A program made the position numbers and the translations under genes. Shown piece after piece: positions 1 through 12,600 of a stretch of DNA of 64,000 nt. The stretch's first letter is position 1. Every line of letters starts with the position of its first letter. The notes below the pieces were generated by a model. It was not told the origin of the DNA. It did no database searches and worked only from the letters and a program-made list of their open reading frames with translations. This DNA is from Fonticula alba ATCC 38817 (taxonomy: Eukaryota; Protista; Nucleariida). Where the stretch lies: the NCBI GenBank assembly GCA_000388065.2, contig KB932204.1, one strand, 5' to 3'.

Positions 1-137
1 GCGGCCTCTAAACTCGCCCCCCCCCCCCCCCCCCCCGAATCCCAGCCCCCTCCTCGTCCTCCTCCCGCTACTCCCAGTTGGCATACATCTGCCCTCCGGA
101 TTTCTCGTCCGGCTTTCCTCTTCCCAAAGGCACAAGC

Positions 138-3100
138 ATGCTCGAGATCTACTCGGCATCGCTTCTGCCGGGCGCGCTGCTCGATCCCACGAACCATCGT
201 GCGGTGTTGGTGTCACCAACGGCGGCGGTGCGTCTCGGCCTGCTGCCGGGCCAGCCGAGCAACCTCTTCTTGTCGGTGGATTTGGCCCCATGCTGTGGCG
301 GTCTCGCTGGCGCGTCGCCCTCCGAGGCATGGCTTGTGCGCGCCCTACCAGCATCGCGGCCACCGTCGCCAGGAGGGGCCCCCGGGCCAACCGAGCCGGA
401 GCTCCTGCTCCCACCGGGCTTGGCTGCAAGCTGGCAGGCCGGCCCGGAGCCGATGTGTGCCAGCCATGGCGGATCTTCGGGGACCTCTCCCCTGCATGAG
501 GCTCCCAAAATGCACGTGCGCATCATGTCCCGCCATGCACTGCCGGCTGGCCGGGATGAACACCCACCGGCCCCGGCACATGTGCCGCCCGCCGCCGGGG
601 TGTACATCAGCCGGGTGCTCACACCCACCGAAGAGACGCACTACAGCCAGCTGGACCTGCCGGCCGGCGGCTGGCGGGGTGTGCTCAATGCCGAGGGGCC
701 AGCTTGCGTGCCGGCATTGAAGGACGCGAGGGCCGTCCTCGGTGGGGCCTGTCCGGACTGCTCGCCCACAGGGCGGCCAGTCGCCGGCGCCTGTGCCCGC
801 TGCCTGCAGACCTTCGCTCTGCTGGAGTCCACGTGCCGGGCTGGGCCACCAGAGGTGGCTGCTCTGAGGCACTTCTTTTCGCGACCGCGGCTCCTTCGTC
901 CGGGCGAGGTGCTGACCGTGCCGCTGGACATCGCAAATGCCCGCCCGGAGGCTGTTGGTCTCTTCCGGGTGGAGGAAATCCTGCCGGCCCCCGAGATGCA
1001 AGCCCCTGCCCAGGGGCCGGAGCGCCTCTTTGTCCCCGGGCGGAGCTTTCTCCGGCAGCGGCCACCGGTCCCCCTGGCCGGGCCGGCTCCGGTATGTCCG
1101 GAGTCCGGCCAGTCGGCCTGGCTGCGCGCCTTTGCCGCGGAATCTGGGCGCCTGGCTGCCCACCTTCGCGCCGGCACCCGAGACTCCTCCGGGCTCGGGC
1201 TTTTGTGCCTGTACAGTCGCCTTCCCTGTGCTGCGTCTGTGGTCGAGGAAATCCAAGTGCTTCTGTGTGCGGCCGTGTGCCGTCGAGCCGGGTGGTTTCC
1301 CATCCTGCTTGATTCGGCGGCTTTGCTGGAGCCCGCCGGCCCCGGGGCACCTCCCCCCTCGGCCGCGGCCACCCGACAGCATGATGCCGCCCTGGCCGCC
1401 CTGGAGGATCGCGTTGCCCGAGCTGTATCCGCCGGGGCGCGGGCATGTGTAGTTGCATTTCGCGCGACGGGATCCGCTGTGGCCGCTGGCCCGGCACCCG
1501 GGCACTCGGGCAAACTCTCCGGTATGAGGCCTCCTCCTGTCGCGCGCTGTCCCCCCGCCCCCTGCCGGGGGCCACAACCTTCCGGCCCGTGTTACTGACC
1601 GTCATGCCTTTCTTCTGCCCTTTGTCCACGTCGGAATAGAGAAGGCGTGCGATCGGCTGGCGCGGATCATTCGCGCAGCCGGCGGCACCGGGATCATTTG
1701 CGTGGTATGTGGCGACTGATGCGAGCATGCCCGAAGGCGACATGCATGTATCCGAAAGGCGGGGGGCGAGAGGGAGCGGCGCACACATGCACCCCGATCA
1801 CCGGCCCCGGCCCCGGCCCCGGCCCCGGCCCTGGCCGCCCTTCCGCCTGCTCCGCTCATCATTTGCCTGCTCGGCGTCCACTAACACCCGGCTTTCGGCT
1901 TCCCGATCCGTCTTCCGGGAAATGGGCTTAGAAATCCAAAACCGACCTCAGCGAGTACCTCCTGCCACTGGTGACCAGCTTCTGTGTATTGGAGGTGTGT
2001 GTGTGTGTGTATGGAGAAGGGGGGCTTTTTCTTTCCTCTTTCCCTCTGTGTGTGTGCTGCCTGCCAGCGCCATTTCCCCCCCCAACAGCGATGCTGATTG
2101 CCCGGCCTCACTGCCAGCGCCCGGACACCGATGCTCGGGGAGCCATGCTTCGCCGGAGCCTGTCGCGGCTGCCCCACGATCCGGCGCTCCTGTGTCCCGG
2201 GGCGCATGGCCAGGACCCGGTCACCGAGGCGGCCGAGCTGCTGTCCGGTGTTCTGGTATCACCCGGCGATGCGGATACCCTGGCTTCCTGGGCCTTCGCC
2301 CTCGCCCAAGACCGGTGCGTTGGGGCGGCACCAGGGCGCGAGGGGTGCCTTTCGCACCATGCTATGCGCGAGATTCCCGCTCCTTCCCCTGCTCCTTCCG
2401 GGCCCTGACAAATCGGGGTTTCCCCCCCCCCCCCCNNNNNNNNNNNNNNNNNNNNNNNNNNNNNNNNNNNNNNNNNNNNNNNNNNNNNNNNNNNNNNNNN
2501 NNNNNNNNNNNNNNNNNNNNNNNNNNNNNNNNNNNNNNNNNNNNNNNNNNNNNNNNNNNNNNNNNNNNNNNNNNNNNNNNNNNNNNNNNNNNNNNNNNNN
2601 NNNNNNNNNNNNNNNNNNNNNNNNNNNNNNNNNNNNNNNNNNNNNNNNNNNNNNNNNNNNNNNNNNNNNNNNNNNNNNNNNNNNNNNNNNNNNNNNNNNN
2701 NNNNNNNNNNNNNNNNNNNNNNNNNNNNNNNNNNNNNNNNNNNNNNNNNNNNNNNNNNNNNNNNNNNNNNNNNNNNNNNNNNNNNNNNNNNNNNNNNNNN
2801 NNNNNNNNNNNNNNNNNNNNNNNNNNNNNNNNNNNNNNNNNNNNNNNNNNNNNNNNNNNNNNNNNNNNNNNNNNNNNNNNNNNNNNNNNNNNNNNNNNNN
2901 NNNNNNNNNNNNNNNNNNNNNNNNNNNNNNNNNNNNNNNNNNNNNNNNNNCCCCCCACCTTGGACGACGGATGTGACAATCTGTCCGTCGCCCTGATTGG
3001 TGTTGGTAACAGACTATTCCCCCCCCCCCCCTTCTTGACTTCCCTTCGCCTCCGGTCCCTGCGCGGCGATAGATCGCCTCGGCTCCGTGCGTCCTTTTCT

Positions 3101-3946
3101 TTGACGAGCTGGATGCGCTGGCCCCGGCCCGGAGCGCCGGCAGCACCTCCTCCTCCAGTGGCGGCGTCCTCGGACGTGTGGTCAGCCAATTGCTGGCCGA
3201 GCTGGACGCCGTGTCCACCTCCAGCGCCCAAGTGTACTGCATTGCGGCCACCAATCGGCCGGAGCTTTGTGACCAGGACCTCTTCCGACCTGGAAGGTAT
3301 GTCAGCCAGCCAGCCAGCCGGCCAGCCAGCCAGCCAGCCGGCAAGTCCCTGCCCTCGCTCTCCCCCCTCGCCGGGGTTCCCCCGCTTGTCCGCTGGGCGC
3401 AGCGACTCACATCCGCCCCCTTTCTTTTCTTTTTTTTTCCCGCCGCATTTCCCCTCTCGTCCCAGATTTGACCGCATGCTCTATCTCGGCCCGGCGGAGA
3501 GCGCCTCGGCGCAGGTGAACATCCTCCGAGCCTGCTTCCGGTCGATGAATGCCGGCCGATATCCCATCGATCCGGCCGTGCGCGACTGCGACCAAACCCT
3601 GATGGCGGCTCTGCGCGGCGACACCGGGGCCGGGCGTGCCTCCTCCCTGGCCGAGAACGGTGGGCTTGGCCAGGCCAATGCCCCGGACCCGGGGGCCGAG
3701 GAGGGCAAGGCGCCAGCCCCACTGACCGGGGCCGACATTCGGGGTCTCTGTGAGGCGGCCTTCACTTTGGCCACGCGCCGGTGTGTGGCCCGGCTGCAGG
3801 AGCTGTCCCCCGGATCGGCGGCCTTCCGCGCGGAGCGCGTTTTGGTCCAGGCAGCAGACTTGCACCATGCCCGAGCCGCGCTCGTCCCTTCGGTTTCCCC
3901 CGAACAGTTGGCCGAGTACAATGCGCTGCGAGACCGCTACACGTGA
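138..3946 (+). CDS. PEX6: Peroxisomal AAA+ ATPase PEX6-like (multi-exon; part of the D2 AAA module falls in the N-gap 2436-2950)
   Basis: After the gap, the exon from ~3072 reads [17 protein letters not shown] (Walker B), [17 protein letters not shown] (close to the PEX6 [17 protein letters not shown] motif) and [19 protein letters not shown]. An intron (gtatgt ~3297 to cag ~3465) precedes FDRMLYLG, with TGA at 3944-3946. The N-terminal ~460-aa exon (first ATG 138) is divergent. Walker A is not visible, and internal exons at 1640-2410 are uncertain. Confidence 0.8.
1801..1831. repeat. (GGCCCC)n hexamer run (GGGGCC on the minus strand) in a PEX6 intron
   Basis: ccggccccggccccggccccggccccggccc, read directly. 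Confidence 0.9.
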
Positions 3947-4206
3947 AGCACGTGATACGGCCCATGTAGTCATGCATCGCCCTGCCAACGGGAATTCAAA
4001 ATGCCCCGGCCGGCCGGCCGGCCGTCCTGGTGGCCGGAATACAAATCAAACACCGCCATCTGCCCCCGCCCCTTTTTTCATTCTCCCTTTTTGCTCTTGC
4101 CCCCCTCCCCCCCTCTTCCTCCTCCCGGCTTGCCAAGCATCGCTGCCTGTTTCGCTGTATCTCCCCCTCCCCATTTTGCCTTCGCCCCGTCTCTCGCCAC
4201 CTCCTC

Positions 4207-7200
4207 ATGAGCGGCAACGAGAATACCTCCACCGCCGGCACGGCGCTTGACAAGCGCTCCGAGGCTGGTCTCCAGCGGCTGCTGCGTTCTCTGCCAGAGG
4301 TCCGGCTGGATCGATTATTTTTTTTTCCTGCTCCCCCCTCACTTTGTGATGTTGCTGACACTCGGTCGTCTTTTTTTCCACCTTCATGAACATGTCCCCG
4401 TTGACGCCACAGCGTCGGGCCGATTGTGTGCGGGTGTTTGAGCGCTCAGACTACTACTCCCTACACGAGGAGGATGCATACACCGCGGCTCAGATTGTCT
4501 TCCGGACCTCAACCGCAATCAAGTTCCTTGGCGGTGCGGCAATCAGCCTATTTGCTATCTGTCTTCCTCCTTTTTTTTCTTTTTCTTCCGACATGTCTTT
4601 CCCTGTCTGGCCCCCGCGCCGCGCACACACGCCTCCTTCTCTTGCCCCATGCGGGCTGCTACTAACATCAGGTGGGTAATCCGTCCAAACAACAATCCAG
4701 GCACTTCGGCCGCAGATGGCGGCGTGCCGAGCGTCTCCCTCTCGGAGGTGCAGTTCCGCACCCTGCTCAGGGAATTGCTTCTGCGTCAGCAGAAGTGCGT
4801 GGAGCTCTGGCCGGCGGACCCCGGGGCCCGTGCCCCCCGGCTGCAGGCCTCTCCGGGCAATTTGCAGGCTTTCGAGGAGCAACTCTTCGGCGAAGCCAGC
4901 GCCACCGACCACCAGGCTGACGATCTGGTAGTCAACCCGGTGGCCATGGCAGTGCGGCCTTTCGTGGTGAAGGGCCAAATCGTGCGCAATCCCGGGCTCT
5001 TTGACCTTTTGTGTGTCTCTCCTTCGGCCACGCACGCCCACATGCGCGCGCGCGCGCGCGTGTGTGTGTGTGAGAGAGAGAGAGAGTGTGTGTGTATATG
5101 GACGGCCATGTCAACTAACATTCCATCCCCCTTTCTCCCCTTGCTGCCGCTCACTTCGCGTCTGGCCAGCATCTTGGCATTGCATATGGCGATGCCACGG
5201 CCCGGACCATGGGGCTCTGCGAGATCACCGACTCTATTGCCTTCAACAACCTCCAGGTGCGTGCTTCGCCGATGGCTCTTTGACTTGACAATCCTCCCTC
5301 CCATGTGTTCTAACATGCTGGTATTTTCTTGATGCTCCTCTTGTCTGCCCTGTGTCCATCAGTCGCTGGCTATCCAAATCGGCGCCCGCGAGTGTATTCT
5401 TCCAAATGATGCGAACTCCTTCGAGGTTACCGAGATGTCCAAGGTCCTTTCGGCGGCTGGCATCCATCTGACCGCCACACCGAAGGGTGAGTTCAATCAC
5501 CGGCCTCTGGCCCACTATGTCCTCCTGCTTTCCCCTCCCCCTCCCCCTCTCTCTGGTGTGCTCGTGCTTTGGAGGTTCAAGCTAACCTTTGCCCTTTTTC
5601 TCGCTCGCCGCCTGCGGCGTATGATCACCGGGATCACAGCCTCCTTCAATGCGCAGGCTTGCAAGCAGGACTTCGCCCGTCTTGCCAGCAAGGACTCATC
5701 CAACACCGCATCCGGTCCGTCCTGCTTCCGGCCCCCTCGCCTCTCCTCTTCCCCTCTGTCCCCGGCCCTGGGGCTTTTGCTTCCTGCACTCCCTCACACT
5801 CGTGTCCCCCCGATCCTGCTCCCCCCCCCCACCCACCCACCCGGCACATGCGCCTGCGGCATCACAGCTGCCGCAGACCTGGAGTATGCCACCCATGCGG
5901 CCACCGCCCTCATCACCTACTTGGGCCTTCTGCGGGATGAGAGCCTCCACCACCAGATGGCCTTCTCGGTGTACCAGCCGAAGTCCTTCATGCGGCTGGA
6001 CGCCTCGGCCATCCGAGCGCTCGGCCTCTTCCCGGCGGCCGGGCCCGGGGGTGCTGGCGGGGCGGCCCTCTTGGCGGACATTGGGTCCGGTGGCGGCCCG
6101 GCGCTGGCCGGCGACTCGATCAATGCCAAGACTGCCTCGCTCTTCGGGCTGCTGAATCGCTGTCGCTCGGCACACGGATCGCGCCTGCTGGCCCGGTGGC
6201 TGAAGCAGCCGCTCCTCTGTCCGCGGGAGATCAACACCCGGCTGGACATTGTCGAGTGCCTGATGACCGACACCAGTCTCCGCCAGGCGGTGCAGGATGA
6301 CTTCCTCCGGTCGGTGCCGGACCTGACGCGACTGATGCACAAGTTCGTGCGCGCGGCCATCCGCCGCCAGGGCAAGGCCGGCGCCCATCTGGGAGCCTCG
6401 CTGCAGGACGTGGTCCGCCTCTACCAGGTGATCAAACGCCTGCCGGTCCTGCAGGACGTCCTCAATCGGGCTGTGGCATCCGGCGGGATGCTGGCGAATG
6501 CGACATCCCTCAATGATGGGTGTGGCGCGTCGCCGGTGGACTCGCTGCGCGCCGGGGTGCTGAAGCCGCTGGAGGACCTGCTGCCTCATTTTACCAAGCT
6601 CCTGGAGCTGGTGGAGTTTTCCGTGGACCTGGCCGCCGTGGAGAATGGCGAGTTCCTCATCCACCCGCAGTATGACAGCGAGCTGTCCGGTGCGTATGCA
6701 TACATGGCCCTGCTTGGTGCTCCCCGCCCCCGGCCCTCCCTCCCCCCTCCCCCTCCCCCCTGACGGGGTCTCTTCGGCCCTTTCGCATGGCCTCTCGCCC
6801 GACTTGCCTCTTTGGACACATGCTGACCCGCTTTCCTGGCGGCTCCCGGTCCACCAGAGCTCCGCAAGTCCATGGATGCCACCCGGCGGAAGATCGACCG
6901 GCTCTTCCACGAGACGGCCGCCTCCCTGGGGCTGGATCCCCAGAAGAAGGTCAAGCTCGACCAAAACACCCTGTACGGCTTCCACATGCGCGTGACCAAG
7001 GCCGATGCCGGGCGCCTTCGTGGTAAGGCCCGCGTGCTGGAGCTGTCGACACAGAAGAGCGGCACTCTCTTCACCACGGCCGAGATGCGCCAGCTGAGTG
7101 GCCAGTACACGGAGTACTTCGATTTGTTCGAGCAGAAGCAGATTCTCGTGGTGGCGGACATCATCAGCGTGGCATCGACCTACGCCTCGCAGGTGATCCA

Positions 7201-8780
7201 GCTGGCCGACCTGCTGGCGCAGGTGGATGTTCTGGCGGCCTTCGCCGATGCCGCGGTCACGGCCCCGAGCGAGTTTGTCCGGCCGCAGGTGGTCCCGGCC
7301 GATCAGCCCGGGGCCCGGCTCACCCTGACGGGGTCCCGGCACCCCTGTGTCGAGGCCCAGCCCGATGTGTCCTTCATTCCCAATGACCTGGATCTGGCGC
7401 GGGCCGAGGCGGACTTCGTCATCCTCACCGGGCCGAACATGGGCGGCAAGTCGACTTTCATTCGGCAGGTGGGCATCATTGTGCTCATGGCCCAGGTGGG
7501 GTGCTTCGTGCCGTGCTCCTTTGCCCAGGTCCCGGTGCGCGATGCCATCTTGGCGCGCGTCGGCGCTGGCGATGCCCAGCTCAAGGGCATTTCCACCTTC
7601 ATGGCCGAGATGCTGGAGACGGCATCCATCCTCCAGGTGGGTTCGCGCTGGAATGATGCTGGCCTTCTCTTTGCCATGCCATCTCCTCTTCGCTTCGGCC
7701 ATCTGCTGTCAGGCCTTCCTCTTGCGCTTTCCCTTTCACTGACCGCAGTTACATTTGCCGCTGTCCTCGCTTCTCTCTCTCTCCCCCCCCCCCACACACA
7801 CACGCATGCATGCATGCATGCACACATCCCTTCAGTCCGCCACCTCGGAGTCCCTGATCATTGTGGATGAGCTTGGCCGCGGGACGTCTACCTACGACGG
7901 CTTCGGCCTTGCGTGGGCCATTTCCGAGCACATCGCTCGCGATCTCGGGGCATTTTGCCTGTTTGCCACACACTTCCACGAGCTGACGGCTCTGGCGGAT
8001 GAACTGCCCAATGTGCGGAACTTCCACGTGTCGGCCTACACCGGGCACGGATCGATCACCTTGCTGTACCGCGTGCAGCCGGGCTTCTGCGACCAGAGCT
8101 TCGGTATCCATGTGGCTGAGATGGCCAAGTTCCCCGCACACGTGGTGGCCGTGCGTCTATCATCTCGCACCGTTCCCCCCCCCCCCCCCCACCTCCCCCC
8201 TCTCCTGTGCCTCTCTCGCCTGCCTCACTCCCGCCCTGCCGTGCCCCTTGCCTGGATTCTCTTGGCCAACCATGGCTATCAATCTGATGCTGACCCCACC
8301 TCCGCCCCTTCCTCTCTTGTGCACGATAGCTTGCCAAACGCAAGGCCAGCGAACTTGAGGACTTCGGTGGACGTACGTCCGCTTCCTCTTTGCTCTTCCC
8401 TTCTCCGCCCCAAATGCCCCTTCTGNNNNNNNNNNNNNNNNNNNNNNNNNNNNNNNNNNNNNNNNCCCCCCCCCCCCCCATCACCGGCCATAGACAATGA
8501 GATGGACCGCAAGCGCAAGTACTCAAAGGACGACATCGACGCTGGACAGGCCCTCATTCGGACCTTCCTCGATGGCGTGGCCGGCCTGCCGGCGGACCTC
8601 CTTCACCAGGCGGACGCCAGCCCGGCCGGGTTGCCCGGTGACACGCCCCCGCTGCCGGAGGGCACGAACCACTCGCACGACGCCGCCCGGCGGGAACTTG
8701 TCGGCCGGCTTGCCGCCCTCTCGGAGCCGATCACCGCCAGCGACAACCCTTATGTGAAGGACATCCTGCACACCCTCTGA
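4207..8780 (+). CDS. MSH2: DNA mismatch repair protein MSH2 (multi-exon)
   Basis: N-terminus [27 protein letters not shown]; core [23 protein letters not shown]; Walker [18 protein letters not shown]; [14 protein letters not shown]; Walker [29 protein letters not shown]; [11 protein letters not shown]; [15 protein letters not shown]; small exon [12 protein letters not shown]. Stop is TGA 8778-8780. Confidence 0.96.
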
Positions 8781-9697
8781 TGTGGGAGGAAGGCAAAAAT
8801 GGGGCGAGGAGAACAAGCTCGAGGAGCTGGCCCTCCGCCGCGACCACCACCACCACCACCAGTGCCTCTGGCAAAATGCCTTTGATGCCTCCGTGTTACC
8901 GATTGCCTGTGCCGCAATGGCGCGCCACCACCAAATAGATCCCTGCCTCCCTGGCGCGTGATTGTCCATGTGACTGTCTCCTTGGACGTGAGCACGCATG
9001 TGATGTGCCCTCTCCCTGTCGCACGTGTGATTCGTTTGACGATCTGCCCTTTTCTCTGGGTTTTCTTGGGCAGCATGAAATAATGGTCCCGACTCGGCCG
9101 ACCAGCTGGGAGACAGATGGTGGGGGCCGGGGTCCTCCTGCCCCGTCTACCAACCAGCCTCTCCCTGTTGGAAAAACTGGATGTGTGTGTGTGTGTGTGT
9201 GTGCAAGGGGGGTTCAACCATTCCCGACTGCCCCTCGCCGCTCCGCGGTCCGGGGGAGGGGGGGAAACGTAAACAACAGAAACATGCCACCACCCGGCCC
9301 CTGGCAGGGTAGTGGTTAGGCACTGGGGGCGCGGCCGATGGGCGGCGGACTGCCCCTCACATCCATCCAGCGATTCCTGGCCGGCGAGGCACGCCGTGGA
9401 CCCTTCGCCTCTCCACGCCTCTCAGGGCACCGCGCGACTGCCTCTCGGGCAGATTTCCGCCGATCGCCCGAAGAGGAGCCGGGGCGCTGCGCGTTGCCTG
9501 CGCAGTCTGCGCACCCCTCCACTCCCCTTTTCACCCCCCCCCCCCCCCCCCCGCCCGTTTGACCCGCGCCTCGCTCGTTCCTCTCTTTTCCCTCCTTCCT
9601 CCCCCCCCCCTCCTCCCTGCACGACAAGCACTCGTAAGCACACAAACGCCAGACACACATATACACATCCACACACCCGTGGTGTCCCCTCTCAGCC

Positions 9698-12600
9698 ATG
9701 TCCCTTGAAGCCGCCCCTGTGGCCGGCGCTGGCACCAAGAAAAAGTCCAGGAAGAAGCAGGCGGCGTCCTCTCGCCCGACGGTTGTCGACATCGACTCGC
9801 TGCCGGTGGTGTCATCGGAATCTCTGGCCGAGCGGCCGGACGATGTTGCCTCGCTGCTGAGTGTCCTGTCGGCCGGCGGGTCTACGGCTGACGAAGACGC
9901 CATCGACTCGACGGGGGCCGAGAACCCCGAGCCGGACGCCCCCGACTCGGTGGAGGCCTCCCCGGCGGCCGAAGCTCCCCTCTCATCACTGCACATCTCG
10001 GCCCCGGCGTCTGTGCGCCCGCCTGGCAGCAGTCCCGGCCTGGGGTCCTCCCTGCCAGTATCCTCATCCATTTCGACCAGCGCCTCCTTTGAGCCCGTGG
10101 TTCCGGCCACGGCTGAGCCCAGTGCATCTATCTCAGCCGCCACCCAGTCACCGAGCGCCTCACCGACGCCGACCGTCACGGTGGCCGGCTTCGCGCCGGC
10201 TCTGCTAAGCGGGGCCCGATCCCTCCTGTCGCCGTGGACCACCGGTGGAGCCGCGGCCGGTGACGGTCCTGCTCCAGGGACTCCGGTCACGCCGGTGGCG
10301 CCGACCTCGTCCGGCTCCGGCTCCGGCTCCGGCCCCGGCTCCGCGACCACCCCCTCGCGCCCGGTGCCGGTGATGGCGGCGGCCGCGGCCGCGGCTGCCA
10401 GCTCCCCCTTCGGGGCGCTCTTCTCCAGCAGCCCCTCCTCTGCGACTCTGGACCCGGAAGACACGCCAGCTGCCCGGCAATTTGCCAAAACCCAAGAGCA
10501 CATTCGCACTGGCATGGTGGCCGCCCTGCGTGAGGCCATGAAGCTGCTCATCGTCCACGTGTCGTATGTCCCATCGCCGCGCTCTCCCTCCCGCGGTTTT
10601 GCCGCGGTGCTCTGCTCGTCGACATCTTCCCACCCCTCCGCCCTCCTCGACTGCGGTCCTCGATTCCCTGCCTGTACTCACCACCACCCGCCCACCCTCA
10701 GCCATGGGGACGCCAGCGACGATAGCCTTATCGACACGGAGCTCGCGCTGCATGATGAATTTGAACCCCTCGATCGTGTGACCATGATCGTGGACCATAT
10801 GCTGCAGCATGGCCTGCGTGGTGCGTGACTCCCCCCCCCCCCTCCCCCCTCCTCTGCCTGCATGCCCTCCCGCCACCTTGCCTCCTCCTGCCTTTTGCCC
10901 CGTCTCTAACGCCTGGCCGGGGCTCTCTCTCCCTCTCTCTCTCTCTCTGGCCTTGGCATGCCCTACAGAGCGTCGGTCTCTGCTCTCGTCGTTCCTTGGC
11001 GCGCCGGCCGCCGCATCTAGCGGCTCGCAGCTGTCACTGCTCCGGCCGACGCCGGTTGGCCATGAAACCGCACATGTGCAGATGGCCGCCGCCACCGGGA
11101 CCTTCTACTGGGACACGGTGATTGCTGGCGTCTTGGCCAAGAAGGACGCCTCGGTGGCTCGGTCGATCGATCCGATCCGCGACCTGGCCGAGTCCGGGCT
11201 TCTGACTCCCCGGCTTCGGGGCCGCGCCTGGGTCAAGATTGCCCTCATGGAGAAGCGCCTGAGTGATTACCTTGCCGAGCTGGCTTCCGACCACGAGACC
11301 CTAGCAAACTTCTATGCGCCACATGCGCTCCTGCGTGCCAGTGGTGGGGACACCTTTGCCTATGAGGTGGTCGGCCTGCTGCAAGGCCTGGACACCTTCG
11401 ACATTTCGGCCGACATCCGGGCCCTGCTGGACAAGGAGACCGACCAGGAAGGCGGCTCGGACCGCGGCATCCTGCCCACCTGCTATGCCAACTACCTGTA
11501 CCCGAATCCGCTGCCACACACCCAATCGCCGAGGGCCCTGGCTGGGGCGGTGCCTGTCCCGGCCCTCGAGGCGAAGGAGGGTGCGGATGCGGCTCCCGAG
11601 GCGGAAACCCCGGTCGACAGCATGCCTGCTGCCGGGACGAATGACACTTCGGATGCAAGCTCGGCCGCGGCTTCGGCTGGGTCAGCCGCTGCGGCCGCCG
11701 AAAGCGCGGCTGCCTCGGCCAACGCCGCTGCCCGTCGTCAGCATGAGTCCCTGGCGTCGCAGAAGACCTTCCTCGAGCTGCAGCTCAAGATGCTTCAGGT
11801 GCGCGCACACACGCGCGCATGACACCGACCCTTGATTTGGCCGGTTGGCGGATTCTTTTTGGTGCCTCCGCTGGGCTGAGATTGTCGACCTGAGGGAGGG
11901 GGGGGGGGGGGGCGGCCCTGCCCGTGTCTCTGTCCTGACCATCGCCACCTGCTCCTCTCTCTCTCTCTCTCCTTCTCCCCCTCTCTGCCTTCCGGGTGCA
12001 GAGTAAGCACGAGGCCGTCCTCAGCCAATTGAAGGCCACCGAGCAGCAGATCATCCAGCTTCAAACGGCGCAAACCACCCTGAAGGGTCAGCTCGACACC
12101 CAGACCGAGACAAATGCCCAGCTTCAGGGCCAGCTGGAGGTTCGTCCATCACACGACTGCCTGTTGGTCGCTTCCTGTTGGTCGCTTCTTCTTCTTTTTT
12201 TTCCTCATCCCTCAAGTCCATACATATAGGCATGGCACATTCCAGGGAAACACCGCCTGGATCATCGATTGACATCCATTCCCCGGGTCCCCTCCGTCGA
12301 CAGTCTCTCCGGCAGAACATTGCCGAGGAGCGGGCGCACGCCCAGAAGGTCAAGCAGGACCTGAACGAGCTTTACCAGGCGGTGCGTGTGGCGCTTTGTT
12401 CCCTGGCCCCCCTCCTGTCGCATGCGTCGAGGACGCGGGTCTACATGCTGCTGCCTGCCCTCCTGACACTTCTCTTGCATTCTTGTCCTATCAGGAGATC
12501 CGCACTCGCCAGCAACTCGAGAAGACGGTCGCCGATCTGCAGGGATCGCTGGCCCAGCTCAATGCGCACGTTGAGAAGCTGCAGGTGCGTCGCCACTATT

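Noticed and set aside
1709-3946. ORFs running through N-gaps (also 15655-17337, 16268-17728, 39268-42237, 58280-59050)
   Set aside because: Their length is inflated by X residues and intron read-through, so they are not real continuous ORFs.
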